DNA of 64,000 nt. It comes from a phage. Shown one piece after another: positions 9,749 to 19,441 of this stretch. Position 1 is the stretch's first letter; the number at the start of each line of letters is the position of its first letter. The notes under the pieces are model-generated. The model made no database searches, had not been told where the DNA came from, and was given only the letters and a program-made list of their open reading frames with translations. Location: the sequence record PZ154895.1. One strand, 5' to 3'. Made by a program: the position numbers and the translations under genes.

Positions 9749-9782
9749 GATAATAAAATTTTAATGTAATTGAGGATAATGT

Positions 9783-10109
9783 ATGACTATTCAAATTAAA
9801 AACGCCATCAATTCTTACGCATATGATAAAGTAGTTTCTTTGCTAGAAAAAGGCGATATTGTAACTCCTCAAATTTTGGATAAATGGGAAAAAGAGCTTC
9901 ATCAGACGATGAAACAGAATGATCAGAAAATTGGACGCAATACTGTCCGTGAATTGTTGGTTCAATATATCTTGTCAGAATTTGATGTTAAAGCTTTTGG
10001 TGTAGAATCTAAAGCTTATCAAAAACATGAAATTTCCGATAAAACTATTCGTCGTATGAAAAATCAACGCAAGAAAAAATTTGCTGACCTGAAAATTGCT
10101 AAGGTATGA
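9783..10109 (+). CDS. hypothetical protein (108 aa)
   Basis: ORF track. Confidence 0.5.
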   Translation: MTIQIKNAINSYAYDKVVSLLEKGDIVTPQILDKWEKELHQTMKQNDQKIGRNTVRELLVQYILSEFDVKAFGVESKAYQKHEISDKTIRRMKNQRKKKFADLKIAKV

Positions 10110-10327
10110 ATATGAACGAAGCTCTTATTAACGATTTGCGTCTTGCCGGATATGAAGTAAATACAAATGGCATTGGTTTAACTCAAATTGAAGGAAATGG
10201 ATTCATCCTTGAGTATGAATTTAGCCAATGGTGGTTATACGCTAATTATGGCGAATTGATTGAATACGTTGACCAATTTGATTCACTAGATGCAGCTCTT
10301 GAAGCGGCTAAGTTGATGAATGTATGA
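10106..10327 (+). CDS. hypothetical acidic protein (73 aa)
   Basis: ORF track; ATGA overlap. Confidence 0.45.
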   Translation: MNMNEALINDLRLAGYEVNTNGIGLTQIEGNGFILEYEFSQWWLYANYGELIEYVDQFDSLDAALEAAKLMNV

Positions 10328-10593
10328 AATTTATTAATATTTCTATTACTATTGAAAATTATGGAATTTTCTATGTTGATCAATACATGAAAATTTCATT
10401 TTTCCCAAATAAGACTGGTGTTGGATATTGGGAAAGCCATGTTTCTGAATTAAATGAAAGTGAATATGCTAGCACACATGAAAAGTTTTTAGACTTTTTA
10501 TATCATGCTGATTTAACTAGTCATTATATAGATATTCATGAATTTAAAAAGATGATGGAGAAAGTGTTCCAAGCATACTGCTTACTTAGATAA
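10324..10593 (+). CDS. hypothetical protein (89 aa)
   Basis: ORF track; overlaps upstream stop. Confidence 0.45.
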   Translation: MKFINISITIENYGIFYVDQYMKISFFPNKTGVGYWESHVSELNESEYASTHEKFLDFLYHADLTSHYIDIHEFKKMMEKVFQAYCLLR

Positions 10594-10671
10594 CTGATAT
10601 CCTCTATGCTTTAAGATAGATCTTCAAATATTATGATATAATAGATCTATGAATTGAGCTAAGAGGTGAAA

Positions 10672-11229
10672 ATGTCAGAAACTAAGCCTAAATATAATTA
10701 CGTAAACAATAAAGAGCTTTTACAAGCTATTATTGATTGGAAAACAGAATTAGCAAATAATAAAGACCCAAATAAAGTAGTTCGTCAGAATGATACTATC
10801 GGATTAGCCATTATGCTTATTGCAGAAGGTTTATCTAAACGTTTCAACTTTTCAGGATACACCCAGTCTTGGAAACAAGAAATGATTGCAGATGGTATAG
10901 AAGCTTCTATTAAAGGACTTCATAATTTTGATGAAACGAAATATAAAAACCCACATGCATATATAACTCAAGCTTGTTTTAATGCATTCGTCCAACGTAT
11001 TAAAAAAGAACGTAAGGAAGTTGCAAAGAAATACAGTTACTTCGTTCACAATGTCTATGACAGTCGTGACGACGATATGGTTGCGTTAGTAGATGAAACT
11101 TTTATTCAAGACATCTACGATAAAATGACGCATTACGAAGAATCAACCTATAGAACACCGGGGGCTGAAAAGAAAAGTGTTGTAGACGATTCTCCTAGTT
11201 TGGATTTTTTATATGAGGCTAACGATTAA
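10672..11229 (+). CDS. 55: late-transcription sigma factor gp55
   Basis: Matches T4 gp55 ([17 protein letters not shown]...); ATG at 10672 with AAGAGG SD (track starts at GTG 10666). Confidence 0.92.
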
Positions 11230-11431
11230 CCTCTCCGGATTCTTGGAAGAAATACCTGAAGTTGAAGCTATTCCCTATTTACTTAAAATGTATCTCAGGG
11301 AAGTTTTAGCTCTTGACATTGATATTGATCCAGAAAATCCGTATGATACCGCTTTTAAATCTAATGGTGTAGAATTAAACTATCGGTATCATTTAACAGA
11401 TGATGATTTTTATTTTATATTAGAGAAATAA
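11213..11431 (+). CDS. hypothetical protein (72 aa)
   Basis: ORF track. Confidence 0.4.
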
Positions 11432-11432
11432 T

Positions 11433-11750
11433 ATGACTGATAAACCCGAAATTAATGATGAAGTGGAAAAGCTTATTTCTTCTATTGAAGAAAAGAACCG
11501 TCTTGAAGCAGAAAGAAAAGCAAATAAGTTATTGTCTAAAAATAAACGCGAACTGAACCGTCTTTATAAGCACGCTCAGATTGCAGCTGAAAACAATAAT
11601 TTCGCTCAATACGAATATGCTATCAAGAAAAGTCGGGATATTCTAAAACAGCCATATAACGATGAACTCATTAGTATTCTTTGGAAGACTACTAGATCGC
11701 AGATTGAGGATATGATTGATGCTTACACGCGTAAAATTCAAGCGTCTTAA
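11433..11750 (+). CDS. hypothetical protein (105 aa)
   Basis: ORF track. Confidence 0.5.
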   Translation: MTDKPEINDEVEKLISSIEEKNRLEAERKANKLLSKNKRELNRLYKHAQIAAENNNFAQYEYAIKKSRDILKQPYNDELISILWKTTRSQIEDMIDAYTRKIQAS

Positions 11751-11922
11751 AATTAATGCAGGATTTACTGAATCTTTGAATGGTCATCTTTGCGTGAAAA
11801 TTTCTGAAAAAGAATACCATGATAGTTCAATTAAAGAAGTTAATCCTCCTATTGTAAGAGCAGACCCTAATATGAAAGTGTGGGTTGATTCCTATCAAGT
11901 CAAAAAATGGTGGCAGCTGTGA
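11716..11922 (+). CDS. hypothetical protein (68 aa)
   Basis: ORF track. Confidence 0.4.
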   Translation: MMLTRVKFKRLKINAGFTESLNGHLCVKISEKEYHDSSIKEVNPPIVRADPNMKVWVDSYQVKKWWQL

Positions 11923-11925
11923 AAG

Positions 11926-12099
11926 ATGAACACCCAGACTTCTGAAATAGATTATAATAAAATTCGTTCCTCTAAAGTAGAAATGATGAGGCGCTTTAAA
12001 GAGTCTCATGATAAAGCTAAAGCAGAAGGAACTATAACACATAAACGTATAAAATTTAGAAGCTCTAATGAGCCTCTGTATGGCGTATTATGTGGATAG
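11926..12099 (+). CDS. small hypothetical protein (57 aa), below ORF-track size cut-off
   Basis: ATG 3 nt after upstream stop; ends in hairpin; read by eye. Confidence 0.3.
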   Translation: MNTQTSEIDYNKIRSSKVEMMRRFKESHDKAKAEGTITHKRIKFRSSNEPLYGVLCG

Positions 12100-12116
12100 G
12101 AGCTTCGGCTCCTATA
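12099..12116 (+). terminator. hairpin / putative terminator
   Basis: GGAGCTTCGGCTCC then TATATT. Confidence 0.4.
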
Positions 12117-12117
12117 T

Positions 12118-12141
12118 TGCTTTACAAATTTTTGGTAAAAT
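12118..12141 (+). promoter_or_regulatory. MotA-dependent middle promoter upstream of a-gt
   Basis: MotA box TGCTTTA, 11-nt spacer, -10 TAAAAT (approx. coordinates). Confidence 0.45.
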
Positions 12142-12165
12142 AAACCAAAACAATGAGGATATTAA

Positions 12166-13368
12166 ATGAAAGTATGCATTTTTATGGCTCGAGGTCTTGA
12201 AGGTTGTGGCGTAACTAAATTTTCTCTTGAGCAACGTGATTGGTTTATTAAAAATGGTCATGAAGTAACTTTGGTTTATGCTAAAGATAAATCATTTACT
12301 CGTAATTGCGCACATGATTATAAGTCATTTTCAATTCCGGTTTTATTGGCAAAAGAATACGATAAAACACTTAAGTTGGTAAATGATTGTGATATTCTAA
12401 TTATCAATTCAGTTCCTGCTACTTCAGTAGAAGAAGACACTATTAATAACTATAAAAAAATTATTGATAACATTAAACCTTCAGTTCGTGTTGTAGTTTA
12501 TCAGCATGACCATTCTTCTCTTTCTTTGCGCCGAAATTTGGGATTAGAAGAAACTGTTCGTCGAGCTGATGTTATTTTTAGTCATTCTGATAATGGTGAT
12601 TTTAATAAAGTTCTGATGAAAGAATGGTATCCGGAAACTGTTTCTCTGTTTGATGATATTGAAGAAGCACCGACCGTATATAACTTTCAGCCTCCTATGG
12701 ATATTGCGAAGGTTCGATCAACTTACTGGAAAGATGTTTCTGAAATTAACATGAATATCAACCGTTGGATTGGTCGTACTACTACATGGAAAGGCTTTTA
12801 TCAGATGTTTGATTTTCACGAAAAACATCTTAAACCTGCAGGACTAAGTACTATTATGGAAGGTCTGGAACGTTCTCCAGCGTTCATTCCTATTAAAGAA
12901 AAAGGAATTCCATACGAGTATTATCGTCTTCATCAAGTAGACCAAATTAAAATTGCTCCTAATTTGCCAACGCAAATTCTCGACCGTTATGTAAATAGCG
13001 AAATGCTTGAACGCATGAGTAAATCCGGATTTGGTTATCAGCTGAGTAAATTAGATAAAAAATATCTACAACGTTCTTTAGAATATACTCATCTCGAGCT
13101 TGGTGCATGCGGAACAATTCCAGTATTTTGGAAATCTACTGGCGAAAATTTAAAATTCCGTGTTGATAATACTCCGTTAATTTCTCATGATAGCGGTATC
13201 GTTTGGTTTGATGAAAATGACATGGAATCAACATTTGAGCGTATTAAAGAACTGTCATCTGACCGAGCTCTTTATGACCGTGAACGCGAAAAAGCTTATG
13301 AATTTTTGTATCAGCATCAAGATTCAAGCTTCTGCTTTAAAGAACAGTTTGACATTATTACAAAATAA
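12166..13368 (+). CDS. a-gt: DNA alpha-glucosyltransferase
   Basis: 400 aa; near-identical to T4 AGT as recalled; GAGGA SD; MotA-box promoter upstream; terminator downstream. Confidence 0.93.
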   Translation: MKVCIFMARGLEGCGVTKFSLEQRDWFIKNGHEVTLVYAKDKSFTRNCAHDYKSFSIPVLLAKEYDKTLKLVNDCDILIINSVPATSVEEDTINNYKKIIDNIKPSVRVVVYQHDHSSLSLRRNLGLEETVRRADVIFSHSDNGDFNKVLMKEWYPETVSLFDDIEEAPTVYNFQPPMDIAKVRSTYWKDVSEINMNINRWIGRTTTWKGFYQMFDFHEKHLKPAGLSTIMEGLERSPAFIPIKEKGIPYEYYRLHQVDQIKIAPNLPTQILDRYVNSEMLERMSKSGFGYQLSKLDKKYLQRSLEYTHLELGACGTIPVFWKSTGENLKFRVDNTPLISHDSGIVWFDENDMESTFERIKELSSDRALYDREREKAYEFLYQHQDSSFCFKEQFDIITK

Positions 13369-13388
13369 AGGGCTTCGGCCCTTTAGCT
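13369..13388 (+). terminator. rho-independent terminator after a-gt
   Basis: GGGCTTCGGCCC + TTT. Confidence 0.6.
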
Positions 13389-13407
13389 TTATACGGAGTT
13401 TGATATA

Positions 13408-13548
13408 ATGATATTTCTTGGATATGTGATACTTTTTCTAGCGTTTTATTTGTTCACCAGAGCATGTTGGATTGGGTTCTTTAGTACTCCAGATGGATTT
13501 ATTTCAATAATTTTATTTTGCATTTCAATGACGGTTCTTGATATATGA
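13408..13548 (+). CDS. small hydrophobic peptide (46 aa)
   Basis: ATG after GGAG; stop overlaps start of next gene (ATGA). Confidence 0.35.
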   Translation: MIFLGYVILFLAFYLFTRACWIGFFSTPDGFISIILFCISMTVLDI

Positions 13549-14168
13549 AAAAATATATAACTTATTTAACAATATATAGTGGAGATAAACTTCCTCCTTT
13601 TTATATTGGATCTACATCTTTAGACAGGCATTTAGCCGGATATCATGGATCAGTTTTATCTAAAAAGTATAAGAAAATTTATAATGAAGAACTTTCAAAT
13701 AACCCACATTTATTTGATTCATGCATTTTAGATGAATTTGATACACGCGAAGAAGCTATTAAATGCGAGCTATATTATCAACGTTTGCATGATGCGGTTA
13801 AAAATCCATTATTCTTTAATATGTCATATGCTGCTCCAAAAGGTTCATTTGGAAGAGATATTAAAGGACAAAATCATCCATTATATGGTTCTCATAATTG
13901 TAAAGGAAACATACATTCACATGACCCATTAACAGGAAAATCTGCCTTTTTACCGTATATTCCAGAAGGTTATGTAAAAGGAAGGTCAAATAAATTTAAA
14001 GCTTCATCACATAATAAAGGTAAAAAATGGTATAATAACGGAGTTAAGCAAATGTTATGTCATGAACCTCCTGGTCCTGAATGGACAAAAGGAAAAATTA
14101 AAGAACTAGTTTCAAAAGCAGCTAAATTAGGATGGAAAAGACACCATGAAAATACTAAACTTGGGTGA
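13545..14168 (+). CDS. GIY-YIG family homing endonuclease-like protein (seg-like)
   Basis: N-terminal YLTIY...(10 aa)...FYIGST with downstream R and E (EEAIKCELYY); basic C-terminal half; 3' end overlaps gene 47 by 23 nt. Confidence 0.6.
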   Translation: MKKYITYLTIYSGDKLPPFYIGSTSLDRHLAGYHGSVLSKKYKKIYNEELSNNPHLFDSCILDEFDTREEAIKCELYYQRLHDAVKNPLFFNMSYAAPKGSFGRDIKGQNHPLYGSHNCKGNIHSHDPLTGKSAFLPYIPEGYVKGRSNKFKASSHNKGKKWYNNGVKQMLCHEPPGPEWTKGKIKELVSKAAKLGWKRHHENTKLG

Positions 14169-15165
14169 TTGGCATTTAGGCGTTAAAGCTGATGATGAAT
14201 GGATTCGCGGTATTCAAATTGATGGAATTAAGCAAGCGATAGAATATTCTAAGAAAAATGGAATTACTGTATGGATTCAATACGGTGATATTTTTGATGT
14301 ACGAAAAGCGATCACGCATAAAACTATGGAGTTTGCCCGTGAAATAGTTCAAATGCTTGATGCCGCTGGAATCACATTACATACTATTGTAGGAAATCAC
14401 GATCTCCACTATAAAAATGTAATGCATCCAAATGCTTCTACTGAGCTTTTGGCTAAATATCCTAATGTTAAAGTATATGATAAGCCTACTACAGTAGATT
14501 TTGACGGATGTTTGATTGATTTAATTCCTTGGATGTGTGAAGAAAATACCGGTGAAATTCTTGAACACATCAAAACTTCATCTGCTTCTTTTTGTGTCGG
14601 TCACTGGGAGCTGAATGGATTTTATTTTTATAAAGGAATGAAATCTCACGGTCTTGAACCTGATTTCCTTAAGACTTATAAAGAGGTGTGGTCTGGTCAC
14701 TTCCATACTATCTCTGAGGCTGCTAACGTCAGATATATTGGGACACCATGGACACTAACTGCAGGTGACGAGAATGACCCTCGTGGGTTCTGGGTGTTTG
14801 ATACAGAAACAGAACGAATGGAATTTATTCCAAACAACACTACCTGGCATCGTCGAATTCAATATCCATTTAAGGGAAAAATTGACTATAAAGATTTTAC
14901 AAATCTATCAGTGCGTGTTATAGTAACTGAAGTAGACAAAAATCTAACGAAGTTCGAATCTGAACTAGAAAAAGTTGTGCATTCATTACGAGTTGTGTCA
15001 AAGATTGATAACTCTGTCGAGTCAGATGATAGTGAAGAAGTTGAAGTTCAATCTCTTCAGACATTGATGGAAGAATACATTAATGCAATTCCAGACATCA
15101 CTGATTCTGACCGTGAAGCACTTATTCAATATGCAAATCAGTTATATGTAGAGGCAACACAATGA
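14146..15165 (+). CDS. 47: recombination endonuclease subunit gp47 (Mre11/SbcD-like)
   Basis: 339 aa; matches T4 gp47; phosphoesterase motifs GDxH/GNHD. Confidence 0.93.
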   Translation: MKILNLGDWHLGVKADDEWIRGIQIDGIKQAIEYSKKNGITVWIQYGDIFDVRKAITHKTMEFAREIVQMLDAAGITLHTIVGNHDLHYKNVMHPNASTELLAKYPNVKVYDKPTTVDFDGCLIDLIPWMCEENTGEILEHIKTSSASFCVGHWELNGFYFYKGMKSHGLEPDFLKTYKEVWSGHFHTISEAANVRYIGTPWTLTAGDENDPRGFWVFDTETERMEFIPNNTTWHRRIQYPFKGKIDYKDFTNLSVRVIVTEVDKNLTKFESELEKVVHSLRVVSKIDNSVESDDSEEVEVQSLQTLMEEYINAIPDITDSDREALIQYANQLYVEATQ

Positions 15166-15425
15166 CTTTTGATGAATTTAAAAATGATATGATGAGTCAG
15201 CATTTTGAATGCGAAGTAAAAGATGATATTGGGCATAAAGAAATTATTGAATATTGGTTTGAACCGCTAGAAGTTGAAGATAATTGTATTAAAAAGGTTA
15301 CGGTCTGTACTGACTGGGCTGTATCTTTTAACTTCAACATTTTAGATAATGACACACCTAAATCATTACAAGATATGGCTGTATCTTGTATTAAGGATGC
15401 ATACTGTGAAGTTTTCGACATTTGA
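15162..15425 (+). CDS. hypothetical acidic protein (87 aa)
   Basis: ORF track; ATGA overlap with gene 47. Confidence 0.45.
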   Translation: MTFDEFKNDMMSQHFECEVKDDIGHKEIIEYWFEPLEVEDNCIKKVTVCTDWAVSFNFNILDNDTPKSLQDMAVSCIKDAYCEVFDI

Positions 15426-15612
15426 CATTAACGATGAATTCATAGCAAATATTGATTACACCGAAGAAGATTCTAGATATGTTGGAATAATTTATATCAC
15501 ATCAAAAGCAGCACAAGGTGTTGTTTGCATGGCTGAATTTGATGAATACTTTTTAGATTATGATGATATGATAGAATGGTCTAAAAGATACATTAAAAGG
15601 AATCTTTTGTGA
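15397..15612 (+). CDS. hypothetical protein; start uncertain
   Basis: ORF track 15349..15612; in-frame ATG 15397 or GTG 15406. Confidence 0.35.
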   Translation: MHTVKFSTFDINDEFIANIDYTEEDSRYVGIIYITSKAAQGVVCMAEFDEYFLDYDDMIEWSKRYIKRNLL

Positions 15613-17297
15613 AGAATTTTAAACTAAACCGAGTTAGGTATCAAAATATAATGTCAGTAGGTGGAAATCCTATTGACATTCAACTAGATAAGGTTCAAAA
15701 AACTCTTATTACTGGGCGAAATGGTGGTGGTAAGTCTACTATGTTAGAAGCCATCACATTTGGGCTTTTTGGCAAGCCATTTCGTGATGTAAAGAAAGGT
15801 CAATTAATAAACAGCACAAATAAGAAAGAACTTTTAGTTGAACTGTGGATGGAATATGATGAGAAAAAGTACTATATCAAAAGAGGACAAAAACCAAACG
15901 TTTTCGAAATCACCGTTAACGGTACACGTCTTAATGAATCTGCCAGCAGTAAAGATTTCCAAGCAGAATTTGAACAGCTTATCGGAATGTCATATGCCAG
16001 TTTCAAGCAGATTGTTGTCCTTGGTACAGCAGGGTATACCCCTTTCATGGGTTTGTCGACCCCTGCGCGAAGAAAGCTTGTGGAAGACCTGCTCGAGGTA
16101 GGAACATTAGCTGAAATGGATAAGCTTAATAAAGCACTAATACGTGAATTAAATTCACAAAACCAAGTGCTTGATGTTAAAAAAGATAGTATTATCCAAC
16201 AAATTAAAATATATAATGATAACGTTGAACGCCAGAAAAAATTAACTGGTGATAACCTTACTCGTCTGCAGAACATGTATGATGATTTGGCAAAAGAAGC
16301 TAGAACGTTAAAATCGGAAATAGAAGAAGCTAATGAAAGATTAGTTAATATTGTTTTGGATGAAGACCCGACTGATGCATTTAATAAAATCGGTCAAGAA
16401 GCATTTTTAATTAAATCAAAAATTGACTCGTATAATAAAGTCATTAATATGTATCACGAAGGTGGATTATGTCCAACCTGTTTGTCACAATTAAGTTCCG
16501 GTGATAAAGTTGTTTCTAAAATTAAAGATAAAGTTTCTGAATGCACGCATTCATTTGAACAGCTTTCAACACATCGTGATAATTTAAAAGTTCTTGTTGA
16601 TGAATACCGAGATAATATTAAAACCCAGCAGACGTTGGCAAATGATATTCGCAATAAAAAGCAATCCTTAATCACGACGGTAGATAAAGCTAAAAAAGTT
16701 AAAGCGGCTATAGAAAAAGCATCATCTGAGTTTATTGACCATGCTGATGAAATAGCACTGCTTCAAGAAGAACTTGATAAAATTGTTAAGACAAAAACTA
16801 ATTTAGTAATGGAAAAATACCACAGAGGAATTTTGACTGATATGCTCAAAGATTCTGGTATTAAAGGTGCTATTATTAAAAAGTACATTCCATTATTTAA
16901 TAAGCAGATTAACCATTATCTTAAAATAATGGAAGCGGATTATGTGTTTACATTAGATGAAGAATTTAATGAAACAATTAAATCCCGTGGTCGTGAAGAT
17001 TTTAGTTATGCTTCATTTAGTCAAGGTGAAAAAGCACGAATTGATATTGCTCTTTTATTTACTTGGCGTGATATTGCTGAAAAAGTTTCAGGTGTTAAAA
17101 TAAGCTGTTTATTTCTTGATGAAGTATATGACGGTGCATTTGATGCTGAAGGTATTAAAAATGTAGCTAAAATTTTAGATGGTTTGAAGGATACCAACTT
17201 CTTCATAATTTCGCATAAAGACCATGACCCACAAGAATATGGTCAGCATATTCAGATGGAAAAAGTTGGTAGATTTAGTTTAGCTAAGATTAGCTAG
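15609..17297 (+). CDS. 46: recombination endonuclease subunit gp46 (Rad50/SbcC-like ATPase)
   Basis: 562 aa; Walker A GRNGGGKST; CPTC zinc hook; matches T4 gp46; GTG start. Confidence 0.93.
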   Translation: MKNFKLNRVRYQNIMSVGGNPIDIQLDKVQKTLITGRNGGGKSTMLEAITFGLFGKPFRDVKKGQLINSTNKKELLVELWMEYDEKKYYIKRGQKPNVFEITVNGTRLNESASSKDFQAEFEQLIGMSYASFKQIVVLGTAGYTPFMGLSTPARRKLVEDLLEVGTLAEMDKLNKALIRELNSQNQVLDVKKDSIIQQIKIYNDNVERQKKLTGDNLTRLQNMYDDLAKEARTLKSEIEEANERLVNIVLDEDPTDAFNKIGQEAFLIKSKIDSYNKVINMYHEGGLCPTCLSQLSSGDKVVSKIKDKVSECTHSFEQLSTHRDNLKVLVDEYRDNIKTQQTLANDIRNKKQSLITTVDKAKKVKAAIEKASSEFIDHADEIALLQEELDKIVKTKTNLVMEKYHRGILTDMLKDSGIKGAIIKKYIPLFNKQINHYLKIMEADYVFTLDEEFNETIKSRGREDFSYASFSQGEKARIDIALLFTWRDIAEKVSGVKISCLFLDEVYDGAFDAEGIKNVAKILDGLKDTNFFIISHKDHDPQEYGQHIQMEKVGRFSLAKIS

Positions 17298-18006
17298 GTT
17301 TATATTTACAGTTATCATTATGCCATCTTGATAAATTTCCGAAAGTGGTAACTTTACCACAATGGACGCAAGTACCAGTCTTTTCAGTTTTCTTGCGTCC
17401 ATTTGGATTTTTCTTGCAGAAATTTCTATGCGCTGCGATAACGCATTTCTTGCCTATCATTCCACAGAATTCGCAGGATGTTTCTTCAAGAACGATTGCT
17501 TTAAGCCCGTTTGAGATATTATTTCTGTGTTCTTTAGACATTGGTGGTCTAACTTTAGGATTAGGGTGATTTGGACAGTTATCAAAATGCCAACGATTCA
17601 TATTCCCGCTTAATCCAGACTTACCGCAATGAGGACAAGTTAGTCTTGCTTTATTAGCTACTGCATCAGACATTTTCTTTCGTGTCTCCTGGGAGAATTC
17701 TTTGTTCTTTTCTATTTCCCAGAGTTTACGACGAATCCAACCGAAAGTTTTATTGTTGCGTTTAGCGTATTTCGTGGAAACTGTCATCATGTTAGCAGCA
17801 TAGACTAATTTTGGTTCAGAAGGATAAATTTTTACTAAAAGTTGATGAGCTACATAGTGCTCTTCTGGCGTTAAATCTACTAAGTTTGAAGCATCATCAC
17901 TACCGTTTAAACAGCGTGGTATAATGTGATGAGATTCAGTATAGCAATCAAGTTTTCGAGATTTAGCATTAGAGATTAACTTTTCATAAATTAGTTTATA
18001 ATTCAT
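17290..18006 (-). CDS. HNH homing endonuclease with three C-terminal zinc-finger-like repeats
   Basis: HNH core ESHHIIPR...SNLVDLTPEEHYVAH; three CxxC...W(H)xDNC repeats; AAGGA SD; only minus-strand gene inside the plus-strand replication cluster; 3' end overlaps gene 46 by 8 nt. Confidence 0.75.
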   Translation of the reverse strand: MNYKLIYEKLISNAKSRKLDCYTESHHIIPRCLNGSDDASNLVDLTPEEHYVAHQLLVKIYPSEPKLVYAANMMTVSTKYAKRNNKTFGWIRRKLWEIEKNKEFSQETRKKMSDAVANKARLTCPHCGKSGLSGNMNRWHFDNCPNHPNPKVRPPMSKEHRNNISNGLKAIVLEETSCEFCGMIGKKCVIAAHRNFCKKNPNGRKKTEKTGTCVHCGKVTTFGNLSRWHNDNCKYKPS

Positions 18007-18057
18007 AACATATCCTTTTGATACAGCGAGTGATAAACATATTTATACGGAGGAACT

Positions 18058-18249
18058 GTGGCAGAATATTTAACTGGACAGCATCTATTAACTATTCCTG
18101 AAATAAAACGATATATTCTGAGAAATAATTTTTCTAATGAAGAGCATATAGTTACTGAATCTATGCTTAAGAATGCATTTAAATCAGAATATACGAAAAT
18201 AATGTCCAACAGGAATGAAGCTTGGACTGTTACTGATTATTATGACTAA
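18058..18249 (+). CDS. hypothetical protein (63 aa)
   Basis: ORF track; GTG start after GGAGG. Confidence 0.45.
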   Translation: MAEYLTGQHLLTIPEIKRYILRNNFSNEEHIVTESMLKNAFKSEYTKIMSNRNEAWTVTDYYD

Positions 18250-18258
18250 AGGTGTATT

Positions 18259-18648
18259 ATGACTAAAATTACTGTGAATTATACTGTTGATGTAAAAGAT
18301 ATTCAGCCAAAACACGTGCGTTCTGAATCAAATCCGCAAAACCAAAATAAAATTCGTCGAGCATGGGTTTTGTCTCTTTCTGATAACGCAATGGAAGTTA
18401 TTCAGAATAAAATTAAATCTGCACCTGCTCGTCATGCGTATTATGAAGCTATCGATCGTGAAGTGAGTGATAAATGGATTGAACTAATGCGCAAACATAC
18501 GACAGAATCTCTAAATGCTGGCGCTAAATTTATTATGACTTCATGCGGTGAACGCCTTGAAGATGATTATTGCGGTAATGCAGATGAACGTCTAATTGTT
18601 GCTGCTCAAATTGTTGCGGAAACAATTGCTGCTGATTTTAATCGTTAA
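18259..18648 (+). CDS. rpbA: RNA polymerase-binding protein RpbA
   Basis: 129 aa as in T4; position immediately upstream of gene 45. Confidence 0.8.
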   Translation: MTKITVNYTVDVKDIQPKHVRSESNPQNQNKIRRAWVLSLSDNAMEVIQNKIKSAPARHAYYEAIDREVSDKWIELMRKHTTESLNAGAKFIMTSCGERLEDDYCGNADERLIVAAQIVAETIAADFNR

Positions 18649-18649
18649 T

Positions 18650-18674
18650 TGCTTTATTAAATTAGTTATAAAAT
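18650..18674 (+). promoter_or_regulatory. MotA-dependent middle promoter upstream of gene 45
   Basis: TGCTTTA box, 12-nt spacer, TAAAAT. Confidence 0.5.
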
Positions 18675-18703
18675 TAAATCTCATTTGAATTGAAGGAAAT
18701 TAC

Positions 18704-19390
18704 ATGAAACTGTCTAAAGATACTACTGCTCTGCTTAAAAATTTCGCTACTATTAACTCCGGTATTATGCTTAAATCCGGTCAATTTATTATGACTCGCG
18801 CAGTTAATGGTACAACTTATGCAGAAGCAAATATTTCTGACACTATTGATTTTGATGTAGCAATTTACGATTTGAACGGTTTTCTCGGTATTCTGTCTCT
18901 AGTTAATGACGATGCAGAAATTTCCCAGTCAGAAGATGGAAATATTAAAATTGCTGATGCCCGTTCAACAATTTTTTGGCCAGCAGCCGATCCGAGTACA
19001 GTAGTTGCTCCTAATAAACCAATTCCATTCCCGGTAGCATCTGTTGTTACTGAAATTAAAGCTGAAGACCTTCAACAACTGTTGCGTGTATCTCGCGGTC
19101 TGCAGATTGATACAATTGCTATCACAGTAAAAGAAGGTAAAATCGTAATTAACGGTTTTAATAAAGTAGAAGATTCTGCTTTGACCCGTGTTAAATATTC
19201 TTTGACTCTTGGTGATTATGATGGTGAAAATACATTTAATTTCATTATCAATATGGCAAATATGAAAATGCAACCAGGAAATTATAAACTTCTGCTCTGG
19301 GCAAAAGGTAAACAAGGCGCTGCTAAATTTGAAGGTGAACATGCGAATTATGTAGTAGCTCTTGAAGCTGATTCTACCCACGATTTTTAA
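18704..19390 (+). CDS. 45: sliding clamp gp45
   Basis: 228 aa; near-identical to T4 gp45; MotA-box promoter upstream; terminator downstream. Confidence 0.95.
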   Translation: MKLSKDTTALLKNFATINSGIMLKSGQFIMTRAVNGTTYAEANISDTIDFDVAIYDLNGFLGILSLVNDDAEISQSEDGNIKIADARSTIFWPAADPSTVVAPNKPIPFPVASVVTEIKAEDLQQLLRVSRGLQIDTIAITVKEGKIVINGFNKVEDSALTRVKYSLTLGDYDGENTFNFIINMANMKMQPGNYKLLLWAKGKQGAAKFEGEHANYVVALEADSTHDF

Positions 19391-19412
19391 TAAAGGGCTT
19401 CGGCCCTTTATA
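19391..19412 (+). terminator. rho-independent terminator after gene 45
   Basis: GGGCTTCGGCCC + TTTAT. Confidence 0.6.
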
Positions 19413-19441
19413 ATTTACACTAAAACTTGAATGAGGAAATT

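Noticed and set aside
13187-13408. 73-aa ORF overlapping the a-gt 3' end
   Set aside because: Out-of-frame overlap with a-gt and spanning the terminator hairpin; no RBS.
18965-19381. Minus-strand 138-aa ORF inside gene 45
   Set aside because: Antisense to the sliding clamp gene, which is near-identical to T4 gp45; spurious.
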